Positions 36,778-45,197 of a stretch of DNA of 55,092 nucleotides are shown here, piece by piece. The notes under the pieces are model-generated. The model was not told the origin of the DNA, did not search any database, and saw only the letters and a list, made by a program, of their open reading frames with translations. The translations under genes were made by a program, and so were the position numbers. Numbering within the stretch: the stretch's first letter is position 1; each line of letters starts with the position of its first letter. The DNA is from Oceanicoccus sp. (GTDB taxonomy: Bacteria > Patescibacteriota > Gracilibacteria > UBA1369 > 2-02-FULL-48-14), in the NCBI GenBank assembly GCA_047635955.1, contig JBLIGW010000001.1:1-55092 (forward strand), given 5' to 3'.

Positions 36778-36978
36778 ATGGCTTACGAAGTAACCAACAG
36801 TAAAGGACAAAAATACTTTCTTCACGGAAAGATGGTGACTCTCCGAGGAGGTCGTCAACAACAAATCTACTACTTCGCTCGCGAAGAGAAGCCAGAAGTA
36901 CTTGGTGACCTTCCAGAAGGTTACGAAGTTACTGAAAACAAACGTACTGGTCTTCCAATGCTTCGAAAGCAACGTTAG
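36778..36978 (+). CDS. small basic hypothetical protein (66 aa)
   Basis: MAYEVTNSKGQKYFLHGKMVTLRGGRQQQIYYFAREEKPEVLGDLPEGYEVTENKRTGLPMLRKQR is hydrophilic and protein-like. The gene has its own promoter-like element and a strong terminator. The mirror ORF on the minus strand (36772-36972) is hydrophobic and of low plausibility. Confidence 0.55.
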   Translation: MAYEVTNSKGQKYFLHGKMVTLRGGRQQQIYYFAREEKPEVLGDLPEGYEVTENKRTGLPMLRKQR

Positions 36979-36992
36979 TCTGAGTTTGTTTC

Positions 36993-37022
36993 AAAAAAGC
37001 CCATCTCATGATGGGCTTTTTT
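36993..37022. terminator. bidirectional terminator
   Basis: AAAAAAGCCCAT-ctcatg-ATGGGCTTTTTT lies between the convergent genes 36778-36978 (+) and 37034-37429 (-). Confidence 0.6.
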
Positions 37023-37033
37023 ATTTGTCTAAA

Positions 37034-37429
37034 TTATTGAGTCAATTCAGTAACACTTTGAACAGCTGTTGTTGCATCACTGCCAAGGAATACGTACAAA
37101 AGTACAACTACTGAAACGATCACAATCATCCACAACAAAGAATAAAGCATGATTTGAAAACCAGTCATGTGGCTCTTCTTATCTTTTGCATAGAAAAGTG
37201 GGAATCCGAATAGAAGCAATCCTTGAACGGCAGCGAATACTGTGAACATAAAGGCGAGAAGAAAAAAGTCTAAATGGAACACTCCATTCAAATTTAGCCA
37301 AGCACCTAACCTAGGAAAACAATAAGTAATCACTGCGGTTGAAAGCAAAGAGATCACAGCCAAAGTAAAACCAATCGTTGAAGATTGTTTATGACTTAAT
37401 GTTTTGTGTCGTCGGAAGAGGAAAACCAT
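37034..37429 (-). CDS. hypothetical four-TM membrane protein (131 aa)
   Basis: Four clear hydrophobic helices and a positive-inside N-terminus (MVFLFRRHKTLSHK). No family recognised. Confidence 0.55.
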   Translation of the reverse strand: MVFLFRRHKTLSHKQSSTIGFTLAVISLLSTAVITYCFPRLGAWLNLNGVFHLDFFLLAFMFTVFAAVQGLLLFGFPLFYAKDKKSHMTGFQIMLYSLLWMIVIVSVVVLLYVFLGSDATTAVQSVTELTQ

Positions 37430-37542
37430 GTGTGGAGATAGTTAATAATATAAGGAACGCCAAGTATGACGAAAGCAAAAAGAATGAGATATGTCATGGC
37501 GTGGTGTTTACTGTATCCTAACCCCGACCTTAACGCTGCGCA

Positions 37543-38211
37543 ATGAATATTCTCGACCTTTTTATAGAGTTCCTAAAAGCTCCCTTTCAATTTGGACTTT
37601 TAGAGCTGTTTTTAATGTTCATTATCGCTATCCCTACTATTTATGCAATGGTGTCCGGTGCTCCTTTTGTACCAACACCAATGAACCAAGTGAATCGTAT
37701 GCTTGGAGCCGTTGAGTTAAAGAAAGGAATGACTCTTTATGATCTTGGTGCTGGAGATGGCCGATTAGTTTATAAAGCGAATAAAAACTTTGGCGTAAAA
37801 TCAATTGGCTACGAGTTCTCCCCTTTTGTGTGGATGTGGTCTAAATTGCTTCAATCCTTTTTCTGGAAAAGTGATGCAGAGCTTCGTTATGGAAATTTCT
37901 GGAAAAAAGATCTCACTGATGCGGATGTAATTGTTTGTTACCTACTACCAGGAAGCATGAAGAAAATGTACGAAGAGGTTTTTCCAAAACTAAGCCCAGG
38001 AACACTCATTGTTTCTCATGCTTTTTCAATCCCAGACATGAAGCCAATAAAAACTTTAGCTCGCCTTCCCGAAAAAAGGCTCGGACCAGTTCGTGTTTAT
38101 AAAATCGAAAAGAAATCCAAAGTAAAAGCAGATTCAAAAGCAAAAAACCAGAAAGGGACAAAGAAAGCGGCACATCAATCCAAGAAAAAGAAGAAATCCA
38201 AATCGCAATAA
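37543..38211 (+). CDS. class I SAM-dependent methyltransferase with an N-terminal TM helix and a Lys-rich tail
   Basis: Motif I is LYDLGAGDGRLV, with post-I and motif II-like segments (VIVCYLLPG). The N-terminal hydrophobic helix is LLELFLMFIIAIPTIYAMV. The C-terminal tail KKSKVKADSKAKNQKGTKKAAHQSKKKKKSKSQ lies antisense to the ComEC-family gene's 3' end. Confidence 0.7.
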   Translation: MNILDLFIEFLKAPFQFGLLELFLMFIIAIPTIYAMVSGAPFVPTPMNQVNRMLGAVELKKGMTLYDLGAGDGRLVYKANKNFGVKSIGYEFSPFVWMWSKLLQSFFWKSDAELRYGNFWKKDLTDADVIVCYLLPGSMKKMYEEVFPKLSPGTLIVSHAFSIPDMKPIKTLARLPEKRLGPVRVYKIEKKSKVKADSKAKNQKGTKKAAHQSKKKKKSKSQ

Positions 38212-39481
38212 GTTCCACGGCTCGTAAATTCACCCATGCCAACAAACTCATTGGCTGACCAAAAACAATGGAGAGCGCTCCAAAGAACATTGCCGGAGCC
38301 AAGAAAGGAGCCGCCAGCACATTAGCAATCGGCGAAACCCAAGACAGACGACCAAAGTGTAATAAGATCAATGGCACGGTGGCTATTTGTGCTGCCATCG
38401 TTAAAACGAAAGCCTCCCTCAACACATTGATTTTTTCAGCCTTTGGAATCAAGTTCTCAAGCATCGGCACAAAAACTAAAAGCCCCATGGTTGAAGCAAA
38501 AGAAAGTTGAAAGCCCGCGTCATACAAAAGAATATAAGGATTAAAGAGAACCATAATCACCGCACTCCATAACAGGCCAAAGAACACCTGGCTCTTTCTA
38601 CCTGAAAACAAAGCCCACAAAGTAAGGGTCCCCATTATTCCAGCTCGAACCACAGCGGCACTCGCTCCGACTAAAACCACAAACAGAACAATCGCAATGC
38701 TTGTAACCACCACGCGCTTCTTAAGAGAAAGAAAGGAGAAAGCAAGAAAGATTCCCGCAATGATCAAACTAATATTATAGCCAGAAATCGCAACAATATG
38801 CGTGAGACCCACTCGTTGAAAAGCCAATGACAATTCGGCTGGCATCCCCTTGCGGCTTCCCAAAAGCAAACCCGCAACAAAACTAGCTTCAGGCTCCATA
38901 TAAAGTTTATTAAGTCGCTGTTCCATCCAGCCTTTAAATGAATAAAGACTTCCACGAATTGATGGAGGCCCACGAGCCAAGAGAGTCACGCCTGCCCTAT
39001 TCATGGTCAACCACACTCGATAACGAGCCAGATAAGCCGCATAATCAAAACCTTCTATGTCATCCGAAGGTCGATCTAAAACGCCATCTAACTGAACCGT
39101 ATCTCCATAATAGAAATCTTGATACTGAGAGAGTTTGACCAAAACTCGGCCATAATCCGTAAGCACCGTTATCTTTTGGTGATCCTGCCTTTTATCAATT
39201 TCTTCCACAATTTCACCAGAGATTTGCACAAACTCCCCCACCGGTGCAGGAATAATTTGAGTTTCATATAGGTTCACACGCCACAATCCCAATAAAAAAC
39301 TAGCGAGAAGCAAAGCCAGTTTCCACCGCCTAAAAAAAATCAATCCAAGCAGCAAAAACCCCATCCAGACCTGCAAAACCCACCCTGAAGCCACGGCAAG
39401 AAAGAAAGAAATGGCGGTCAACAAAGGCAAAGTCATAAATCCAAAATAGAGGAAAAAACCTGACATTTTCCTGAAAAACAT
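38006..39481 (-). CDS. comEC: ComEC/Rec2-family DNA internalisation channel protein (no beta-lactamase domain)
   Basis: N-terminal TM helices plus an OB-like DUF4131 segment (V.I.G.I.........Q...V..D.G.VLV...). The polytopic Competence domain has GLTHIVAISGYNISLI, VLVGASAAVVRAGIMG and AGFQLSFAST. Confidence 0.85.
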   Translation of the reverse strand: MFFRKMSGFFLYFGFMTLPLLTAISFFLAVASGWVLQVWMGFLLLGLIFFRRWKLALLLASFLLGLWRVNLYETQIIPAPVGEFVQISGEIVEEIDKRQDHQKITVLTDYGRVLVKLSQYQDFYYGDTVQLDGVLDRPSDDIEGFDYAAYLARYRVWLTMNRAGVTLLARGPPSIRGSLYSFKGWMEQRLNKLYMEPEASFVAGLLLGSRKGMPAELSLAFQRVGLTHIVAISGYNISLIIAGIFLAFSFLSLKKRVVVTSIAIVLFVVLVGASAAVVRAGIMGTLTLWALFSGRKSQVFFGLLWSAVIMVLFNPYILLYDAGFQLSFASTMGLLVFVPMLENLIPKAEKINVLREAFVLTMAAQIATVPLILLHFGRLSWVSPIANVLAAPFLAPAMFFGALSIVFGQPMSLLAWVNLRAVELIAIWISSFSWIDVPLSLSLSGFLLLNLLLLWISFRFYKHELVRAFFREGELKFLLASCLGLKKHEKQ

Positions 39482-39496
39482 TACAATGGATAAGCT

Positions 39497-40927
39497 ATGA
39501 ATGGATTCTATAAAAAATCAATCAGACCCAGTTCACGTACTGTGAAGAAATGGGAAAAGAAAGCGAGCCGATGGGTAAAAGGACATGTGATCCTAACCAT
39601 CATTATCGTGATTCTTGGCGGCTTCACTCTGAAAGGAGTTATGGGTGCCATTCGTATGGGTGAACCTTTTTCAGTTAAACAAATTATAATTTCTGCCGTG
39701 ACCAACGGTATTGAAACTGATGCTTATGGTCACACCAATATTCTCATATTAGGGGTCGGAGGTGAAGGACACGATGGAGCAAACCTGACGGACACCATGA
39801 TTGTTGCGTCAATTGACCATAAGAACAACCTTGTTCCCATGCTCTCTATTCCACGAGACATGTTTGTAGAAAATGAAACGGTAGGATGGGGATCTCGACT
39901 AAATGGCGTTTATCAATTTGTATTAGAAAGTTCCGGTAGTCACGAAATCGCCATGGGTGAACTTCAAGGTGAAATCGAGGAAATACTTGGGATAGACATT
40001 CAGTACTACGCCATGGTGGACTTCCAAGGTTTTGAAGATATTGTTGATGCCGTCGGTGGAATTGATATTGATTTAGAAACCGCTCTGGATGACCCGTTTT
40101 ACCCTGCACCAGATGGAAGTGGGATAGATTTTGAACCCCTTTATATTCCTGCAGGACCTCAAGAGCTTGATGGGAAAACCGCACTCAAATACGTTCGAAG
40201 CCGTAAAACCACTTCTGACTTTGATAGAGCCCTACGACAACAAGAAGTCATCACAGCAATTAAAGACAAAGCCCTCAGCCTTGGATTCCTTTTGAATCCT
40301 GCTAAAATAAGCAACACCTTCACGGCTATTTCTGAAAATTTCACCACCAACCTAACGGTAAATGAGATTTTGAATTTAGCCAGTCTCGCCGGAGACATAA
40401 CTTCTGACTCTTTGGTTTCTGAAGTAGTAAATGACCTCGCTTACGAAACCGCTGGATTTCTCTACACGCCTCCCCGTGAAGAATACAATGGAGCCTTTGT
40501 TCTGATCCCTTACGCGAAAACTTACGAAGAACTTCATCTCTTTGCTCAGCTCTTTTTCTACCATCCTGACATCTATCAAAATCAAACTAAGATTGAAGTA
40601 CTCAATGGAACCTCTACTGCTAGTTTAGCTGGCCTAAGCAAAATGTATTTACATCGCTATGGGTTCAATGTGACAGCTTATGGGAATGCCTATGAGAAAG
40701 ATAAAACAGACACCATGATTTACGTTCTCAACGAAGAAGCGCTTGAAGACGATGAAACGCTAAACCTACTCCCTAGCCTAACTTTTGGAGAAATTAGCTA
40801 CGACGTTCCTACCGAATATTTACCTGAAAACTGGGACAGCGACGCGGATATCATTATCGAGCTCGGTGAAGACTTCGCCGATTATTACGACGAACACGAG
40901 GAACTATTTTATATTGGGTTTTATTAA
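39497..40927 (+). CDS. LytR-CpsA-Psr (LCP) family cell-envelope glycopolymer ligase
   Basis: N-terminal TM anchor, then NILILGVGGEG.....LTDTMIVASID, SIPRD, DIQYYAMVDFQGFEDIVDAVGGIDI and G.TALKYVRSR.....DF.R..RQQ.V. Confidence 0.85.
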   Translation: MNGFYKKSIRPSSRTVKKWEKKASRWVKGHVILTIIIVILGGFTLKGVMGAIRMGEPFSVKQIIISAVTNGIETDAYGHTNILILGVGGEGHDGANLTDTMIVASIDHKNNLVPMLSIPRDMFVENETVGWGSRLNGVYQFVLESSGSHEIAMGELQGEIEEILGIDIQYYAMVDFQGFEDIVDAVGGIDIDLETALDDPFYPAPDGSGIDFEPLYIPAGPQELDGKTALKYVRSRKTTSDFDRALRQQEVITAIKDKALSLGFLLNPAKISNTFTAISENFTTNLTVNEILNLASLAGDITSDSLVSEVVNDLAYETAGFLYTPPREEYNGAFVLIPYAKTYEELHLFAQLFFYHPDIYQNQTKIEVLNGTSTASLAGLSKMYLHRYGFNVTAYGNAYEKDKTDTMIYVLNEEALEDDETLNLLPSLTFGEISYDVPTEYLPENWDSDADIIIELGEDFADYYDEHEELFYIGFY

Positions 40928-40967
40928 ACCCATTCTATTGCAATTTCTTGACAAAATGGTATAAGGA

Positions 40968-41684
40968 TTGCACATGAATACTACAAGACTAAACAAAGCG
41001 ATTGCCGATTCAGGCCTGTGCTCTCGGCGAAAAGCCGATGAGTTCATCAAACAAGGCCTAGTAAAGGTGAATGGGAAGCTCCCTAAAATGGGTCAAAAAG
41101 TGCTTTCAACAGATAAAATCACCGTAAAAGATAAAAAACTAAAGCAGTTTGATGAAATGAGCATCATGCTTCATAAACCTGCAGGACTCATCACTTCAAA
41201 AGGAGATCCTCATAATAAGAACACGGTGATGTCCATACTTCCCAACAATATGCGTCATCTAAAACCTGCTGGCCGACTAGATAAAGACAGTGAAGGACTT
41301 TTGATTCTTTCATCAGATGGGAATTTCATTCAAAAGATCACTCACCCAAAGTTCAAACACACGAAGACTTATGAAATCATAGTGAAAGGATACGTTAAAG
41401 AAGACGAACTTTTCCAACTCACAACAGGAAAACTAAAATTGGACGGCTACGCACTCAACCCAATGAAATTTGAAATAATGGGAACTTTAAAAGGACGCAA
41501 AACACGGATCTCACTTGTACTCACCGAAGGACGCAAGCGACAAATTCGACGGGTTATGGATCACTTGGGCTTCCCTGTGATACTATTGAAACGTACTCAT
41601 ATCGGTACGTTAGATCTCGGTACTTTGCCAATAGGTGAACACCGAGTACTCTCCCCTGCCGAACTTTATAAGGCACTCGCTTAA
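40968..41684 (+). CDS. 16S/23S rRNA pseudouridine synthase, RsuA/RluB family
   Basis: N-terminal S4 domain (RLNKAIADSGLCSRRKADEFI..G.V.VNG), the catalytic motif GRLDKDSEGLLILSSDG, and KTYEIIV.G plus LTEGRKRQIRRV. Confidence 0.85.
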   Translation: MHMNTTRLNKAIADSGLCSRRKADEFIKQGLVKVNGKLPKMGQKVLSTDKITVKDKKLKQFDEMSIMLHKPAGLITSKGDPHNKNTVMSILPNNMRHLKPAGRLDKDSEGLLILSSDGNFIQKITHPKFKHTKTYEIIVKGYVKEDELFQLTTGKLKLDGYALNPMKFEIMGTLKGRKTRISLVLTEGRKRQIRRVMDHLGFPVILLKRTHIGTLDLGTLPIGEHRVLSPAELYKALA

Positions 41685-42556
41685 TGTTTCACGGTTTATT
41701 GTCACTATTGCTCGCTAGCACGCTCTCCCTACCTGGTTTTGGAGGCTCTATAGATAATACTTTTGACGACTCTGTATTATTAAGCGTTTCCCCCGTTCCT
41801 CAACAAGAAGAAAGCTACGGTGAACCTTCACCAACCACAGCAGAATCTATTTTAATGATGGATGTTGAATCTCATTCAAGTCTTTTTGCTCGCGGTGAAC
41901 ATATACAAAGACCTATCGCCAGCATCACTAAGCTGATGACAGCTTATATTATTTTAGAAGAAAACGACCCCAATGCCATTGTCACGGTCAGTGCCAATGC
42001 AGCCAGTACCATTGGATCCAGCATGCAACTTGTATCTGGTGAACAAATCACCGTAAAAGATCTACTCAGAGGACTCCTGATCAATTCAGGGAACGACGCC
42101 GCTTACGCACTCGCCGAATACAATGCCGGAAGCGTTTCTGCTTTTGTAGAAAAAATGAATGAACGAGCCGACTTGCTTGGAATGATAAATACCAAATATG
42201 AAAACCCAACAGGACTAGATGCCAGTGGAGCTTACTCAAGCGCCCACGACCAAGCCCTGCTTGCCACTCATCTTTTAGGTGACGATTCAATTCGAATCAT
42301 CACTAGCTTAAGTAGCCTTGAGCTCACTAGCACATCTGGAGTCACTCACCAACTCACGAGTACCAATCTGCTACTCGGGCAAATGGGAATCAAAGGACTC
42401 AAAACTGGACGAACTGCCAATGCAGGAGAATGCCTCATAACACTTGCTGAAGGTGCTAATGGCCAAGAAGTAATCACCGTAGTTCTCGGAAGCCAAAATC
42501 GTTTTGGCGACACAAAGATTTTAGTAGATTGGGTTTTTAATGCCTTTTCCTGGTAA
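41684..42556 (+). CDS. D-alanyl-D-alanine carboxypeptidase (serine peptidase S11, DacA-like)
   Basis: Signal peptide, SxxK (ASITKLMTA), SxN (NSGNDAA) and KTG (LKTGRT) in canonical order and spacing. The start overlaps the upstream stop (TAATG). Confidence 0.85.
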   Translation: MFHGLLSLLLASTLSLPGFGGSIDNTFDDSVLLSVSPVPQQEESYGEPSPTTAESILMMDVESHSSLFARGEHIQRPIASITKLMTAYIILEENDPNAIVTVSANAASTIGSSMQLVSGEQITVKDLLRGLLINSGNDAAYALAEYNAGSVSAFVEKMNERADLLGMINTKYENPTGLDASGAYSSAHDQALLATHLLGDDSIRIITSLSSLELTSTSGVTHQLTSTNLLLGQMGIKGLKTGRTANAGECLITLAEGANGQEVITVVLGSQNRFGDTKILVDWVFNAFSW

Positions 42557-42558
42557 TC

Positions 42559-43626
42559 ATGATTATGTTCCCTATCACAGAAACCGTTGAAGACATGATC
42601 CTTATTGTTGGATCTGGATTTTTGGCCTTCGCCATCGCCATGGCTCTGGCCCCATGGTTTATCTCACAACTCAGAAAACACAAAATTGGGAAAAATATAC
42701 GAGCCGTTGCCAGCGATGGAAAAGCCGCCACGCTCTTTCAAAAGCTACACGCAAAAAAAGCAGGAACTCCAACCATGGGAGGAATACTCATTTGGGGAAC
42801 AACCTTCCTTGTTGTAGGACTCAGCCGATTGCTCTCTTACCTCGGAGTTTTTGATCACTCACTACTCAATCGTAAAGAAACCTACCTTCCTCTATTCACC
42901 CTATTCGCGGTTGCCATGCTTGGAGCCGTAGATGATTGGTTCAACATCAAAGGTTGGGGGCGAAGCAAAGGAATCAACATGAAACCCAAATTCCTACTGC
43001 TCAGTCTTTTTGCGATCATCGGTTCACTTTGGTTCTACTTCAAACTTGGATACAGCGAAATTCACGTGCCAGGAATCGGCGATTTCGACATTGGACTCTG
43101 GTACATTCCCCTATTCATTTTTATCATCAACGGAACTGCCAATGCAGTAAACTTTACCGACGGACTTGATGGACTCGCGGGAGGACTCATCATCATCGCC
43201 TTTGGCGCTTATGGAGTGCTCGCGTACTTCCATGGCCTACTTATACTTTCCGCGCTCTGTGGCGTGATTGTAGGGGCAAGTTTAGCCTTCCTTTGGTTCA
43301 ACATCCCCCCGGCCCGTTTCTATATGGGAGATACCGGTTCTGCCGCGCTCGGTGCCACGCTAGGAGTCATGGCCATGATGACCGACACCGTGCTGATCCT
43401 TCCCTTCATCGCTTTCATTTTTGTGATCGAAACCCTCTCAGTAATCATCCAACTCACTTCCAAAAAACTCTTCGGCAAGAAAGTCTTCCACATCGCCCCG
43501 ATTCACCACCACTTTGAACACCTCGGCTGGCCCGAATCTCAAGTCGTGATGCGCTTCTGGATCGTCGGAGGCCTCGTGGCAACCCTTGGACTAATCCTTG
43601 GACTGATTGGCATGGGGAATGTTTAA
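42559..43626 (+). CDS. mraY: phospho-N-acetylmuramoyl-pentapeptide transferase
   Basis: KAGTPTMGG, DD......KG, NAVNFTDGLDGLAGG, FLWFN..PA..YMGDTGS.ALG and PIHHHFE..GW.E..VV.RFWI are all MraY hallmarks. Confidence 0.95.
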   Translation: MIMFPITETVEDMILIVGSGFLAFAIAMALAPWFISQLRKHKIGKNIRAVASDGKAATLFQKLHAKKAGTPTMGGILIWGTTFLVVGLSRLLSYLGVFDHSLLNRKETYLPLFTLFAVAMLGAVDDWFNIKGWGRSKGINMKPKFLLLSLFAIIGSLWFYFKLGYSEIHVPGIGDFDIGLWYIPLFIFIINGTANAVNFTDGLDGLAGGLIIIAFGAYGVLAYFHGLLILSALCGVIVGASLAFLWFNIPPARFYMGDTGSAALGATLGVMAMMTDTVLILPFIAFIFVIETLSVIIQLTSKKLFGKKVFHIAPIHHHFEHLGWPESQVVMRFWIVGGLVATLGLILGLIGMGNV

Positions 43627-43762
43627 AAAAGAAAAGATTTCGAGAAAAGACTCAAAACCATTGAAGAAAGAAATAAGAAAGTAGAATCAAGTAAAGCTTG
43701 GGGAACCAGCTGGGCAAGAAGAATTCTTATTGCAATTTTAACTTATTTAACAACAGAAACTA

Positions 43763-44182
43763 ATGATAAAACTCACAATATTTACAGAAACATTTGCACA
43801 CATAATGCAATTGACCACAGAAAAAGACTCGCCCCTGCCATCGGTGAATGACGAGAAGTTTCATATTTGGATGAATGATGGATCAGAAGTCAGTGTCATC
43901 ATCGAAGCAAGTGCTCAAATAAGTGCATTCATCAAACAAAGAGGTGAATTTCCATTTGCTAGAACAAATCTTTGTTTAATCCGCATTAATCAAGAAGAAG
44001 ATTTAGCAAATTTAAAAGTGATGAGCAAAATTGCTAATCCGCTCATACAAGAAAATATAGAAGTAGAATCCATCAGCTCATTCGATTTTGACTACTTATT
44101 AATAGACAAAAACCACATAGAAAAATTCATAAAAGCGGTAGGTTCAAAATTTGAAATTGAAAAAGAGTCTATACGTAAGTAA
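43763..44182 (+). CDS. ACT_7/CASTOR-like ACT-domain protein (tentative)
   Basis: The pattern L.IF.E.FAH..L at the N-terminus, F.I....SEVSVI, and the C-terminal VESISSFDFDYLLIDKNHIEKF resemble the 'iStfdtDyilV' signature of ACT_7 domains. Confidence 0.4.
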   Translation: MIKLTIFTETFAHIMQLTTEKDSPLPSVNDEKFHIWMNDGSEVSVIIEASAQISAFIKQRGEFPFARTNLCLIRINQEEDLANLKVMSKIANPLIQENIEVESISSFDFDYLLIDKNHIEKFIKAVGSKFEIEKESIRK

Positions 44183-44321
44183 TTCAAGCCCCGCATGTTT
44201 AATAAGCTCTTATGAGGGTATTCTGAGCTGGATTGAGCTTGGTTTGTCGTAAGACAATCAAGCCAGCGAAGCATAGTGACTGAGCCGCAGGAGCGAAGGA
44301 ACGTGCCCGCAGAAGAGCTTC

Positions 44322-45197
44322 TTAAACAAAGTAATTCACCACATCAAACACGATGTAGGCACTTGAAAGTGAAAGCAGCCCCATTAGTACGTATCGGAAA
44401 TAAGGCAGCAATTGGCGCATAAAAATAGATCCACCAAATAAGTATAAAAGCACCGTATAACGGAAGACAGCAAACTCACTATCTAACATGAGTGAACTGA
44501 AACTTTCAGGTGGGACTGAACCTATTGTGATCGTCGCAATCAAACCAGCAGAAACAATCAGGATCACGAGCCCCATTCCAAGTTGAAGTAGTTGTTCCAA
44601 TCGTACTCGGACTAGTTTTAATTTCTTCTCATCAAAAGCAGTGAGCGCTTTAACCGTTAAAGCAATAACTAGAACAAAGAAAAGGAATCCAAAGAATGAA
44701 AGGTAGTGATAAACAAGATCTGAAATATATTCATAGATATTAGCTTCAGCTAGGAATACAATTTGACCCATTTTGAAAATGGAATAAACAAAAGCAGATA
44801 CAAAGAGTAGATCTCCCACGTAACGGAGAGGTTTCCATAATGAAGAAAAAGTGATTACCATTCCTGACAAAACCAATAAAAGAATGCTTGTTAAAGCAAT
44901 CAAAGTCCAATCTAAATTCAAAGCAGTTGCCAAAGTTTCAAACTCAATAACACTAAAGAAACTCCGCGCTAATCCAAAGGAACTAAGTGTAATCAAGACT
45001 CCAATAGCCCATCGAACAAGTCCCGCTTTCCGTTCTTTTTTCTTTTTTAAAGCCACCTTTTTCATGGAGAATCCAAATTTCTTAGGATTCTCTCTCACAA
45101 ATAAATAAAGTTGCCAGGCTAAAATCACACCCGCAAGTGCGGTAAAAACCGTCATCATTTGCCCCAAGGCAGACTGGAGTATTTCGCTATTCACCAT
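44322..45197 (-). CDS. hypothetical polytopic membrane protein (291 aa, about 8 TM)
   Basis: Hydrophobic throughout. It overlaps the upstream anti-sigma-like gene by 11 nt, so it is probably the last gene of the sigma operon. Confidence 0.55.
   Translation of the reverse strand: MVNSEILQSALGQMMTVFTALAGVILAWQLYLFVRENPKKFGFSMKKVALKKKKERKAGLVRWAIGVLITLSSFGLARSFFSVIEFETLATALNLDWTLIALTSILLLVLSGMVITFSSLWKPLRYVGDLLFVSAFVYSIFKMGQIVFLAEANIYEYISDLVYHYLSFFGFLFFVLVIALTVKALTAFDEKKLKLVRVRLEQLLQLGMGLVILIVSAGLIATITIGSVPPESFSSLMLDSEFAVFRYTVLLYLFGGSIFMRQLLPYFRYVLMGLLSLSSAYIVFDVVNYFV

Noticed and set aside
35889-36780. Genomic island or prophage integrated at the tRNA-Glu genes
   Set aside because: A duplicated tRNA 3' end exists, but the segment between it and the intact tRNA is only about 215 bp. 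No integrase, recombinase or phage-like ORF occurs within several kb on either side.
36772-36972. 66-aa minus-strand ORF mirroring the 36778-36978 gene
   Set aside because: The product is hydrophobic and low-complexity (…FVFSNFVTFWKVTKYFWLLFASEVV…). The plus-strand product is a balanced, basic, globular-looking protein preceded by a promoter-like element. The choice of strand is judgement and is not proven.
42605-43517. Several 66-77-aa plus-strand ORFs in alternative frames within mraY
   Set aside because: They are off-frame readings of a GC-richer stretch of a strongly supported MraY gene. Their products are Arg/Pro/His-rich with no start context.
44183-44321. SRP (4.5S) RNA
   Set aside because: The GAAGGAA string superficially resembles the SRP helix-8 GGAAGGAAGCAGCC region. 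However, the flanks are direct repeats (CCGCAG twice) rather than complementary, and the GNRA-capped hairpin nearby lacks the symmetric and asymmetric internal loops of helix 8.
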